From: Crocinitomicaceae bacterium
Lineage (GTDB): Bacteria > Bacteroidota > Bacteroidia > Flavobacteriales_D > Crocinitomicaceae
DNA: 64,000 bases
Reading direction: 5' to 3'
Assembly: GCA_042094515.1 (NCBI GenBank)
Contig: JBELDA010000005.1
Coordinates: 22,077-86,076, forward strand
Each line of letters starts with the position of its first letter. Positions within the stretch are counted from its first letter, which is position 1. This document shows positions 19,077 through 27,519 of the stretch, in pieces. Position numbers and translations under genes: made by a program. The notes below the pieces were generated by a model. It saw only the letters and a list, made by a program, of their open reading frames with translations, was not told the origin of the DNA and made no database searches.

Positions 19077-20786
19077 ATGAAAGCATTTATTTCTTCAATT
19101 TTCCTATTACTTTCAGTCATTTCTTATGCTCAATATGAAATGAGTTCAAATGAAAGTCCTACATATACAGAGCTTATAGGTATTTTGAAAGATTTAGCTG
19201 ATTCTTCAAATGTCATTGAGCTGTATTCAATGGGCTCTTCAGACTATGGTCTTCCTATTTATCTATGTATGGTTAATGGTGGAGAAGATTCATTGGTTGC
19301 CTTTAAAAGAGCAAGAAATGAAACTACTATTTTATTCAACAATGCGATTCATCCAGGTGAACCAGATGGAATAAATGCTATGCTCATTTGGTTGAAAAAG
19401 GTGTCTCAAAACCCTCAATTGTTAACTGATCTGCCAATAATTACATTTATCCCGGCTTATAATGTGGGGGGCATGATGAATCGATCAGGAGTGAGTAGAG
19501 CTAATCAAAATGGTCCCATAGAATATGGATTTAGAGGAAATGCACAAAATTTAGATTTAAACCGGGATTTCATCAAGATGGATTCTAAGAATTCGTTTAC
19601 TTTCACTAAGATATTTCATGCGTTAGATCCTGATGTATTTGTTGATAACCATGTATCTAATGGAGCAGATTATCAATATACCCTAACATATATTTCCAGT
19701 CTCAAGAATCGTATGGCTCCGAGTATAAGAAAAATATCGCAAGAGAGCTTATTACCGGTCATAAAGGACGCTATAAAGAAAAACTATTCATTGGACCTTT
19801 TTCCCTATGTAGATTTGGTGGGGCAAACACCGGAGCAAGGCATTGTATCTTTTAATGATTTGCCAAGGTATTCAATGGGATATACAGCACTGTTTCAGTC
19901 CATTTCGTTTACAGTTGAAACTCATATGCTTAAGCCTTTTCCCGAAAGGGTTAGAGCTACTTATGCGTTCATGGATGAAATCATAAAATGGACAGCAAAT
20001 CATAAGGAGCTCATTGAAGAATCACGTCAAAAGGCAAAGGAATATACATCATCTAATCCCCATCTTTTAGTTGATTTTAAAAAAGTTGAGAGTTCACACG
20101 ATTCTATTTTATTTAAGGGTTATGAGCATAGCTTTCCAAAGCATCGAATAACGGGGCTGAATAGGCTAAAATATGATGCGTCTGTTCCGTATGAAAAATT
20201 TATTCCACACTATCATCACTTTGAGCCTATGGATACCATAAAAGTTCCAGCATATTATTTTGTAGGGAGGCAAGAAAAGGATGTTGTTAAAAGATTGAAG
20301 GCAAATAAGATCAAAATGTCTAAAATTTTAAATGATACCATCATTAGTTTAGGTGTTTTTCGTATTGCTGATTTTGATGTGTCAAAAAGGCCATACGAAG
20401 GCCATTTTTTCTTACGTAATCCTCAAGTAAAACGAGAGAATCAGCGTATACGCCTTAAACGTGGAGACTGGAAAATATCATCTAGTCAAGAGAATGCCTT
20501 ATTTCTTCATTCAGTATTGCAACCAGAAGCAGAGGATTCATATCTAAGCTGGAATTTTTTTGACAGCTATCTTCAGCAAAAAGAATATTTTTCGAGCTAT
20601 GTCTTTGTGGATAAAATAGGGGAGATTTTAAAACAAGATCCTGAATTAAAGAAGAAATACAAAGCAAAGCTCAAAGAGGATGACGCGTTTCGCGATTCAG
20701 AATGGGACCAGCTGTATTATATATATACAAACAGCCCGTATTTTGAAAAAACCTACGGTGTTCTTCCTGTCTATTATCAGTATTGA
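19077..20786 (+). CDS. M14-family zinc metallopeptidase (carboxypeptidase-like)
   Basis: 569 aa with signal peptide MKAFISSIFLLLSVISYAQ and the HxxE zinc motif in NNAIHPGEPDGINAM. It starts 15 nt after the esterase gene on the same strand. Confidence 0.75.
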   Translation: MKAFISSIFLLLSVISYAQYEMSSNESPTYTELIGILKDLADSSNVIELYSMGSSDYGLPIYLCMVNGGEDSLVAFKRARNETTILFNNAIHPGEPDGINAMLIWLKKVSQNPQLLTDLPIITFIPAYNVGGMMNRSGVSRANQNGPIEYGFRGNAQNLDLNRDFIKMDSKNSFTFTKIFHALDPDVFVDNHVSNGADYQYTLTYISSLKNRMAPSIRKISQESLLPVIKDAIKKNYSLDLFPYVDLVGQTPEQGIVSFNDLPRYSMGYTALFQSISFTVETHMLKPFPERVRATYAFMDEIIKWTANHKELIEESRQKAKEYTSSNPHLLVDFKKVESSHDSILFKGYEHSFPKHRITGLNRLKYDASVPYEKFIPHYHHFEPMDTIKVPAYYFVGRQEKDVVKRLKANKIKMSKILNDTIISLGVFRIADFDVSKRPYEGHFFLRNPQVKRENQRIRLKRGDWKISSSQENALFLHSVLQPEAEDSYLSWNFFDSYLQQKEYFSSYVFVDKIGEILKQDPELKKKYKAKLKEDDAFRDSEWDQLYYIYTNSPYFEKTYGVLPVYYQY

Positions 20787-20787
20787 A

Positions 20788-21750
20788 TTAGAACGAAGGA
20801 CAAGAAATCTTTCTAAATACTTTTGGTTTTCTTCTACACTTGAGATTGAATCCCATTGAAACTTCATGTGACCCACCAGAAATACCATTTCCTAATTTAG
20901 AAACGGTAATATCATAGCTATAACCGAGCTTAAACTTATCAGTAGTAATACCAAAGCAAAGAATAAAGGCGTCTCTATTTCTATACCATGCACCTACGGT
21001 AAAGTTTCCATACTTTACATAAGTACCAATATTTAATTCCTGAAATCCATTTTGATATTGATAGATGATGTTAGGCATGATACTCGTCGTATTGTAATAT
21101 TTACCTCTATTGCCAAGTTTAATATTGGCACCGACATGACCGGTAAGACGCATTGGTAAACGAGATTCACCAAGAATCATCGATTCATCTGGTCTGTTAA
21201 TATGATGAGCGGCAAATCCAAAATAGAAGTTTTTACCAAAACCTACCAATCCTGCTGAGGCATCAAAAAAACCTCTTCTACCGTTTCCACGCGGTACATC
21301 CCCTGTTTGATAGATAAATCCTCTACGTGGATCTATCATGTCGCCAAAAGTGAGCTTGTCCCAGTCCAGGAATTTTTGAAACCAAGCAGCTCGAGCACCA
21401 AACATGATAGAGAATTTACGATTGACTTTCAGATTATACGAATATATGGCGCCAAGCATAGATGTGGTAATGGTGCCTTGTCCTTGCTGATCGTGCATGG
21501 CAATAATACCAATACCTCCTTGAATTCCTTTTGAATATGTGTCAAAAGCAGCAGAGTAGGTTACATAATTACCAGTAAGCTGTGGCCATTCGTTTCTGTA
21601 ATTCAATGAAACTCTTGGACAACCAGAGGAACCTGCCAATGCTGGATTCAAATAAATTGGATTTGAGAAAAATTGAGTAAAAGTTGGATCCTGAGCATTA
21701 AGCTGTGGGCTTATACAAACTATTGCTATAATAAAGAGTAATTTTTTCAT
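20788..21750 (-). CDS. PorP/SprF-family type IX secretion system membrane protein
   Basis: 320 aa. The signal peptide is followed by the family-typical QDPTFTQFFSNPIYLNPALAGS, then YRNEWPQL. The C-terminus is ...SHEVSMGFNL...ISCPSF. Confidence 0.8.
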   Translation of the reverse strand: MKKLLFIIAIVCISPQLNAQDPTFTQFFSNPIYLNPALAGSSGCPRVSLNYRNEWPQLTGNYVTYSAAFDTYSKGIQGGIGIIAMHDQQGQGTITTSMLGAIYSYNLKVNRKFSIMFGARAAWFQKFLDWDKLTFGDMIDPRRGFIYQTGDVPRGNGRRGFFDASAGLVGFGKNFYFGFAAHHINRPDESMILGESRLPMRLTGHVGANIKLGNRGKYYNTTSIMPNIIYQYQNGFQELNIGTYVKYGNFTVGAWYRNRDAFILCFGITTDKFKLGYSYDITVSKLGNGISGGSHEVSMGFNLKCRRKPKVFRKISCPSF

Positions 21751-21753
21751 ACG

Positions 21754-23388
21754 TTAAAATGTTATGTACCTTCTTGTTTTCTTACTGATGTCAGAGTTTA
21801 TTCTTATTGTTAATTGATGAGTATAAAGATGTTGATTCAAAGTTGGAATATATGATTTTGTCGATTGAAGAATAAGTGCAAATCGATCCAGTGACAAACC
21901 AATTGAGCCAGAGTATTGGTCATTGAAATCTGCAGCTGCTCCTATATAAAGTTTATCCAAGTCAAGTGAAAAACCTCCGAAGTATTGATTGTTTTTATTT
22001 GCGGATCGCATGTAAAAATAAGGATGAAAGCTCAACTTTTCATTCCTAGAAACGTATTGTGTTCCTGCAAAAATGCTATACACGGTTGGTGTTCTGAAGT
22101 TTGTTGATTCAGTATTTTGATAAATGTTCTCTGAGTGATTCAAGATGTTAGAGGCTTGAGCTCCAATATAAAATATGTTGGTATTTAAAGTGAAGCCAAT
22201 ATCTAGATCCCTATACCATAGTTTTCGTCCTACATTTTGAGAACTGTCATAAGAGAATAGCTGAGGTGAATCTGAATTAAAAACGGCCAATGAATTGTTT
22301 TCTACTTTATCTCGATCTAATAATTTATTACCTATTTTTAGTTTGGCTACGGGTTCAATTAAAATATTTCTGCTAATAGCTATTTTTGGTGATACGATAA
22401 GCGCCCCGTTCCAATCTTTAATACTTCCATCTGCATAGTAATCATAGTTTACTTGAGCTCCAACACCAGAACGAATGCCCCTTGCATAAGTATCAAATGT
22501 GATTTGCTGAGATAGTTTACGTTGATCTGATTCCATCCATCTTATACGTGAAATAGATTGGAATCTTGTTTGGGAAACCGAGCCAATAGAACTAAGATTC
22601 GCATCTATAGAGGAAGTTTGAGGAATTAAGTAATGGTGGTCTCTATAATTGCTCAAAGCCACATTTTTTGATAGGGCATGATCAATTTTATTAATCACTT
22701 CTTTTGTCTTGTCTTTGATGCGAAACGAATTGGATTCACTATTTCTTGATTCCTTTGCATCAGATGATAAATCAGAATTTTCACCAATTGAGATATTCGT
22801 TTTATGTTTTGCCAACTCAAGATCTTGGTTAACGAATAATCTTTCGACTAATAAATTATTTACATTAAAAGATTCTGATACCTGAAAAATTTCTTGATCC
22901 ATCAAGCCAATTGATTTCTTCGGTTTTTTATAGAAGCTTGGAGGCAATTCAGTAGCAAGGTAATCCGAGCTTGATGATTTCACATCTTTTTTTATTGAAC
23001 TCTTATTGTCATTTATTCGTTCAGGCTGTTGAATGTCGATTGAGAGTTCTTTTGAGTTTTTGATTCTATTTTCGCTCAAAACGGGAGAGACCGAGTTTAA
23101 CGGATCATTAAAATGAATTTGTCTACCAATGAGCAGAATAATAATGATTCCAATTGTGTTTATTATGGCAAAAACCCTTCTGTTTACCGTTTTCTTTTGA
23201 ATTTGAATATCGTTTACAAAAGAATTGGACATTTTAATATTGGACATTTTCCACATGTCTAAATCAACCTCAAGTTCTGGGTGATTTAGGATATAATTCT
23301 CCAGTAATGACTCTTGTTCAGAACTCAAATTGCCTTCGACATAGTCAAAAAGCCAACGGTCTATGTTGTCAAAATTTGGGGTTATCAT
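21754..23388 (-). CDS. putative anti-sigma factor fused to a PorP/SprF-like C-terminal domain
   Basis: The N-terminus DRWLFDYVEGNLSSEQESLLENYILNHPELEVDLDMW is anti-sigma-like. There is one TM helix at aa 71-88 and a low-complexity linker. Residues ~250-544 align by eye with the adjacent PorP/SprF protein (FDTYARGIRSGVG vs FDTYSKGIQGGIG, among others). Overlaps the ECF sigma gene by ATGA. Confidence 0.6.
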   Translation of the reverse strand: MITPNFDNIDRWLFDYVEGNLSSEQESLLENYILNHPELEVDLDMWKMSNIKMSNSFVNDIQIQKKTVNRRVFAIINTIGIIIILLIGRQIHFNDPLNSVSPVLSENRIKNSKELSIDIQQPERINDNKSSIKKDVKSSSSDYLATELPPSFYKKPKKSIGLMDQEIFQVSESFNVNNLLVERLFVNQDLELAKHKTNISIGENSDLSSDAKESRNSESNSFRIKDKTKEVINKIDHALSKNVALSNYRDHHYLIPQTSSIDANLSSIGSVSQTRFQSISRIRWMESDQRKLSQQITFDTYARGIRSGVGAQVNYDYYADGSIKDWNGALIVSPKIAISRNILIEPVAKLKIGNKLLDRDKVENNSLAVFNSDSPQLFSYDSSQNVGRKLWYRDLDIGFTLNTNIFYIGAQASNILNHSENIYQNTESTNFRTPTVYSIFAGTQYVSRNEKLSFHPYFYMRSANKNNQYFGGFSLDLDKLYIGAAADFNDQYSGSIGLSLDRFALILQSTKSYIPTLNQHLYTHQLTIRINSDISKKTRRYITF

Positions 23389-23882
23389 GCGAGCTTATTC
23401 AATCCTTTTAACTGTTTTTTAATTTTCATTCTTGCACGGAAGAGATATACCTTTACTTGCGACGGAGACAAATCAAGAATTTGTCCAATATCATCGTAAG
23501 AGTAGCCCTCTATGTCTCTTAACAGAATAATACTTTTTTGAATTGGAGGTAAAATGTTCACTAGCCTTTCAACCATTTGCATAGATTCAAAAGTCGAATC
23601 TGGCATGCTTGCTTTTTCAGGAAGTGATTGGCTATCCATGTAGCGCGTACGTGACTTTTTGTTTAAAAAGTTAATCATCGCGTTGTGCGTACATTTATAT
23701 AACCAAGATTTTACTCTTTCCAAATCAATTTTTTTTCTGTTGATCCATAATTTTTCAAAAACATCTTGAACAATGTCCTTTGCATCCTCTTCGTTTCTCA
23801 TAAAGTGAAACGCATAACGATACAGTGGAGCACTAAGCTCATCAATCACATTGTTATATTCATGTCTTTTCAAAACTTGCAA
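23385..23882 (-). CDS. RNA polymerase ECF-type sigma-70 factor
   Basis: 165 aa. Region 2 is LYRYAFHFMRNEEDAKDIVQDVFEKLW. Region 4 is SIILLRDIEGYSYDDIGQILDLSPSQVKVYLFRARMKIK. TTG start. Confidence 0.85.
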   Translation of the reverse strand: MQVLKRHEYNNVIDELSAPLYRYAFHFMRNEEDAKDIVQDVFEKLWINRKKIDLERVKSWLYKCTHNAMINFLNKKSRTRYMDSQSLPEKASMPDSTFESMQMVERLVNILPPIQKSIILLRDIEGYSYDDIGQILDLSPSQVKVYLFRARMKIKKQLKGLNKLA

Positions 23883-23911
23883 TTACAGTTAATACAAATT
23901 GAATAGGTCAA

Positions 23912-23946
23912 AAGTTACAGGTCTTGTAACTTCTTAAACAAATATA
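23912..23946 (-). promoter_or_regulatory. candidate -7 box (TATATTTG) plus 8-bp-stem hairpin upstream of the ECF sigma operon
   Basis: On the minus strand, TATATTTG (23939-23946) matches TAnnTTTG. The hairpin AAGTTACA-ggtct-TGTAACTT (23912-23932) lies between it and the TTG start at 23882. The hairpin could instead be a weak terminator of the upstream Nudix-regulator gene. Confidence 0.3.
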
Positions 23947-23963
23947 GTGAAATAGTTGGTGAA

Positions 23964-24719
23964 TTAAAATCCAAAATTATCAAATCCCTCGCTTGAAAGA
24001 TTTTGATAATTTTCTTCATTAAATTCGAAAAGTTGTGAGGGTTTATGTGGTACACCCACCTGCTTTTCGTTAAGAGGGGTAAGGATTTGTAGATTTAAAA
24101 TCTTTCTTCTAAAATTCCTTTTGTCTAAGGGTTTATTTAAAATGCTCTCGTATAATTTATGGAGCTGGCTCAACGTAAACTTTTGGGGGAGAAGATTAAA
24201 TCCAATAGGTTGAATTTTAATTTTTCTTTTTAATTGACTGAGTGCACATTGCAAAATTTCATAATGATCAAAAGCAAGCTCGTGAATTTCATTAATTGGG
24301 GCCCAGCCTGCACTTTCAGCGAATGAAGACGCTTCAGGGTTAAAGTCATGCATTTTCACTAAAGAAAAATAAGCTACAGTTATAACTCTTGCGTCCGGTT
24401 CTGCTCTCAATGATCTTAGCCATTCCTTATCAGATTCTTTTCCCATTCTTTTTGGGTCTCCAAACGCACCAATTTGTTCCAAGTATATATTGTCAATACC
24501 GGTAAGTTCGTTCAAAACTCTATAGGCTGCTTCGTCAAGAGTCTCAATATCATATATCAAATCTCCAGGAACCGCAAGTCTTGGTCGTCCTGTAGATTTT
24601 GATAAACCACTGTCTATTAGCAAACAATGAAGTTGATCAAAGTCAAAACCAAAAATCACACAATCCACAGATACATTCGGATTTAGTTCTAAAGCTTTAT
24701 TTTTGTTTTTAGATTTCAA
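23964..24719 (-). CDS. NrtR-like transcriptional regulator (degenerate Nudix domain + C-terminal winged-helix)
   Basis: 251 aa. Nudix-fold N-terminus with a degenerate Nudix box GDLIYDIETLDEAAYRVLNELTGI (24495-24566). The C-terminal LPQKFTLSQLHKLYESILNKPLDKRNFRRK is typical of the NrtR wHTH. Confidence 0.65.
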   Translation of the reverse strand: MKSKNKNKALELNPNVSVDCVIFGFDFDQLHCLLIDSGLSKSTGRPRLAVPGDLIYDIETLDEAAYRVLNELTGIDNIYLEQIGAFGDPKRMGKESDKEWLRSLRAEPDARVITVAYFSLVKMHDFNPEASSFAESAGWAPINEIHELAFDHYEILQCALSQLKRKIKIQPIGFNLLPQKFTLSQLHKLYESILNKPLDKRNFRRKILNLQILTPLNEKQVGVPHKPSQLFEFNEENYQNLSSEGFDNFGF

Positions 24720-24783
24720 TATTGTTTAATTTATTATATCTTTGAAAGTGTGGAAATGACACACAGCTAAAAATATTAATTGT

Positions 24784-25650
24784 ATGATTTTTATCATTGA
24801 AAGTGGATCAACCAAAAGTGATTGGGTATTGATCGATGACAAAAATAACCAAAGTTTTTATAAAACAATAGGGTTTAATCCTTATTTCCATTCGGTTCAG
24901 GATATAGCTTCCGAAATTCGTCAAAACGAGAAACTAATTTCACTTTCTGACAAAATTCAGGGTATTTATTTTTATGGAGCAGGTTGTTCAAGTAAGGAAT
25001 TAAATAAGATTGTTGAAAAAGGGCTTTCAAGTGTGTTTTCTACTGCAAAAATCACTGTTGAGCATGATTTATTAGCCTGTGCTTATGCCACTTATGATGG
25101 AGCTCCAGGGATATCTTGTATTCTTGGAACTGGTTCTAATTCTTGCTATTTTGATGGTAAGAATTTAGTAGAAGAAGTTCCTGCTTTGGGTTATGTTTTG
25201 GGTGATGAAGGAAGTGGAAGCTATTTTGGTAAATTTTTACTTTCAAGCTATTTATATAAAAAGCTACCGAAAGAAATCAATAAAGAATTTGAAAAAAGAT
25301 TTGAGGTAACCAATGGTACAATTGTCGATAGGGTATATAAACAAGCGAATCCAAATGTCTATATTGCCTCATTTATGCCCTTTATCATAGAGCATAAGAA
25401 TCACCCATTTTTTAATCAATTTATCATTAAAGGATTGAAGCATTTTCTTGAGATTCATGTTTGTTGTTATGACAATTATGAAAAGACATCTATTCATTTT
25501 GTTGGATCTCTTTCCGCCTTATTAGAAAATGAGCTTAATGCTGCTGCGCAAGAGGTCGGTATTGATATTAAATCAATTGTTCAAAAGCCAGTTGGACCAT
25601 TAGTGAATTATCATATTAATTATATTTTGAAAGATCAATTGGTAGATTAG
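24784..25650 (+). CDS. BadF/BadG/BcrA/BcrD-type ATPase, N-acetylglucosamine kinase-like
   Basis: 288 aa. Motifs IIESGSTKSDW, ILGTGSNSC and LGDEGSGSYFG of the ASKHA sugar-kinase fold. Confidence 0.75.
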   Translation: MIFIIESGSTKSDWVLIDDKNNQSFYKTIGFNPYFHSVQDIASEIRQNEKLISLSDKIQGIYFYGAGCSSKELNKIVEKGLSSVFSTAKITVEHDLLACAYATYDGAPGISCILGTGSNSCYFDGKNLVEEVPALGYVLGDEGSGSYFGKFLLSSYLYKKLPKEINKEFEKRFEVTNGTIVDRVYKQANPNVYIASFMPFIIEHKNHPFFNQFIIKGLKHFLEIHVCCYDNYEKTSIHFVGSLSALLENELNAAAQEVGIDIKSIVQKPVGPLVNYHINYILKDQLVD

Positions 25651-25651
25651 C

Positions 25652-26221
25652 TTATTTTTGACAAGCTATGGTAACCTCATTTCCCATTCTGGGAGGAATT
25701 GAATGAATCGAGTCCATTATTCGAACGGCTGAAAAGAACTTTTCAAAAAGGGATTGGTATTCTTTCTTATTGCCTCCAAAAGGAGGTCCGTCAACAAACT
25801 CTCGGTTAAATAACACGCCTAATAATCTTCCGTTTTTTTTCAATAAGTCATAACACTTGCTCACATAAATGGGTCTAAGCTCCGGATGAATGGCGCAGAA
25901 AAATGTTTGCTCTATTATAACGTTATAGCTTCCCTTGTGTTTAAAAAAGTCACCTAATAAAATTTGATTTTTTGGGAAATTTGGATTTCGGTTTTTGAAA
26001 GCCAAAATGGGTTCTTCAGCTATATCAATAATGTAAATATTTTTATAACCGGAGTCAAATAAATATTCTGCTTCATAGGCATTGCCGCAGCCAGGAATTA
26101 AAATTTTATCATCCTTGTTTTCGATTTGGTTAAATAGTTTTAGTAACGGTTTTGACGCTTCACCGATATCCCATCCTGTTTGTTTGTTTTGATAACGCAG
26201 ACTCCAATAAGCTGAATTCAT
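25652..26221 (-). CDS. class I SAM-dependent methyltransferase, TPMT-like
   Basis: 189 aa. N-terminal W..RY....TGWDIG signature, motif I ILIPGCGNAYEAEYL, and a later GRLLGVLF. It lies 22 nt downstream of bioA on the same strand. Confidence 0.65.
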   Translation of the reverse strand: MNSAYWSLRYQNKQTGWDIGEASKPLLKLFNQIENKDDKILIPGCGNAYEAEYLFDSGYKNIYIIDIAEEPILAFKNRNPNFPKNQILLGDFFKHKGSYNVIIEQTFFCAIHPELRPIYVSKCYDLLKKNGRLLGVLFNREFVDGPPFGGNKKEYQSLFEKFFSAVRIMDSIHSIPPRMGNEVTIACQK

Positions 26222-26243
26222 GATTTAGGTTTGGTAATTCTGA

Positions 26244-27506
26244 TTATATAATGTCAAAGCTTTGTTCAATAGTATTATAAATCTTTGAGAGCTGCTCATT
26301 TGATATGATATAAGGGGCAAGTATATAAACGGTATTGCCCAATGGTCTTAAGTATACTCCCTTATTCATATAGAAATCAAATAACTTGTACCTCAAATCT
26401 CCGTACCTATCCGTTTCAATATTAAAGTCAATCGCTAAAATGATTCCTTGTTGGCGAGTATCTTTTACTTTTGGATGATCATTTATTTTCTCAATAAACG
26501 ATTTATGAGAAGCTTTAATCCTGTCAATGCTGTTTTGTATTTCTTCTGACATTAATAATTCAATGCTCGCTATTGCGGCTGTACAAGAAGTTGGATTGGC
26601 AGAGTAGGTATGGCCATGAAAAAAGCCATTTTCCATTTTTGAGCTTAAAAAAGCATTATAAATTTTTTCAGTGCAAGATGTTATTGCCATTGGTACTAAT
26701 CCTCCGGTTAGGGATTTTGAAAGACAAATGATATCAGGCATGGTTGGCATGAATTCCGAAGCGAAATTCTTGCCTGTTTTACCAAAACCTGTCATTACTT
26801 CATCGGCAATGTTAATTACCTCGTGATTATTAGCAATTTTTAGAAGTTCATCTAAATGTATTGATTTGTGCATTTTCATTGCTGCGGCCCCTTGAACCAA
26901 AGGTTCATAAATAAAAGCAGCTACATTATTTTCACTTAAGAGCTTTGTGAATAGCATCTTTACTGATTCTATGTTGTTTTCATTCGGAACGGGGATTCTT
27001 TCGACATCTAGAAAATAATCTTCAAAAGGACCATTATAGATGGAAAGGCCTGAAACAGACATGGCACCAAAAGTATCTCCATGAAATCCATCTTGAAATG
27101 CAATTATTTTATTCCTTTTATTTCCTTTGTTGAAATGATATTGCAGAGCCATTTTTAAAGCAACATCCACAGAAGTCGATCCATTGTCAGAAAAAAATAT
27201 CTTTTGTTGATTTTGAGGTAGTATGTTCATCAAGGATTTTGCTAAACGAGTAGCAGGCTTATGTGTAAAACCCGTAAATACTACATGGTCAAGATTTTTC
27301 ATTTGGGCTGATACGGCCCTGGTAATATAAGGATTGCAATGTCCATACATACAAGTATACCATGATGCAATACCGTCTATGTATTCATTGTCACTATCGT
27401 CATAAAGAACAGCATCCTTAGCTTTTTTAATAACGATATGCCCTGGATGCAGCTGGTGCTGTGTCAGAGGATGCCATATAAACTCCTTGTCATCTTTTAG
27501 ACTCAT
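26244..27506 (-). CDS. bioA: adenosylmethionine-8-amino-7-oxononanoate aminotransferase
   Basis: 420 aa. IWHPLTQH, FFSDNGSTSVDVALKMA, ADEVMTGFGKTG, and the PLP Lys in CLSKSLTGG. Confidence 0.9.
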   Translation of the reverse strand: MSLKDDKEFIWHPLTQHQLHPGHIVIKKAKDAVLYDDSDNEYIDGIASWYTCMYGHCNPYITRAVSAQMKNLDHVVFTGFTHKPATRLAKSLMNILPQNQQKIFFSDNGSTSVDVALKMALQYHFNKGNKRNKIIAFQDGFHGDTFGAMSVSGLSIYNGPFEDYFLDVERIPVPNENNIESVKMLFTKLLSENNVAAFIYEPLVQGAAAMKMHKSIHLDELLKIANNHEVINIADEVMTGFGKTGKNFASEFMPTMPDIICLSKSLTGGLVPMAITSCTEKIYNAFLSSKMENGFFHGHTYSANPTSCTAAIASIELLMSEEIQNSIDRIKASHKSFIEKINDHPKVKDTRQQGIILAIDFNIETDRYGDLRYKLFDFYMNKGVYLRPLGNTVYILAPYIISNEQLSKIYNTIEQSFDII

Positions 27507-27519
27507 TACTTCATCAATT

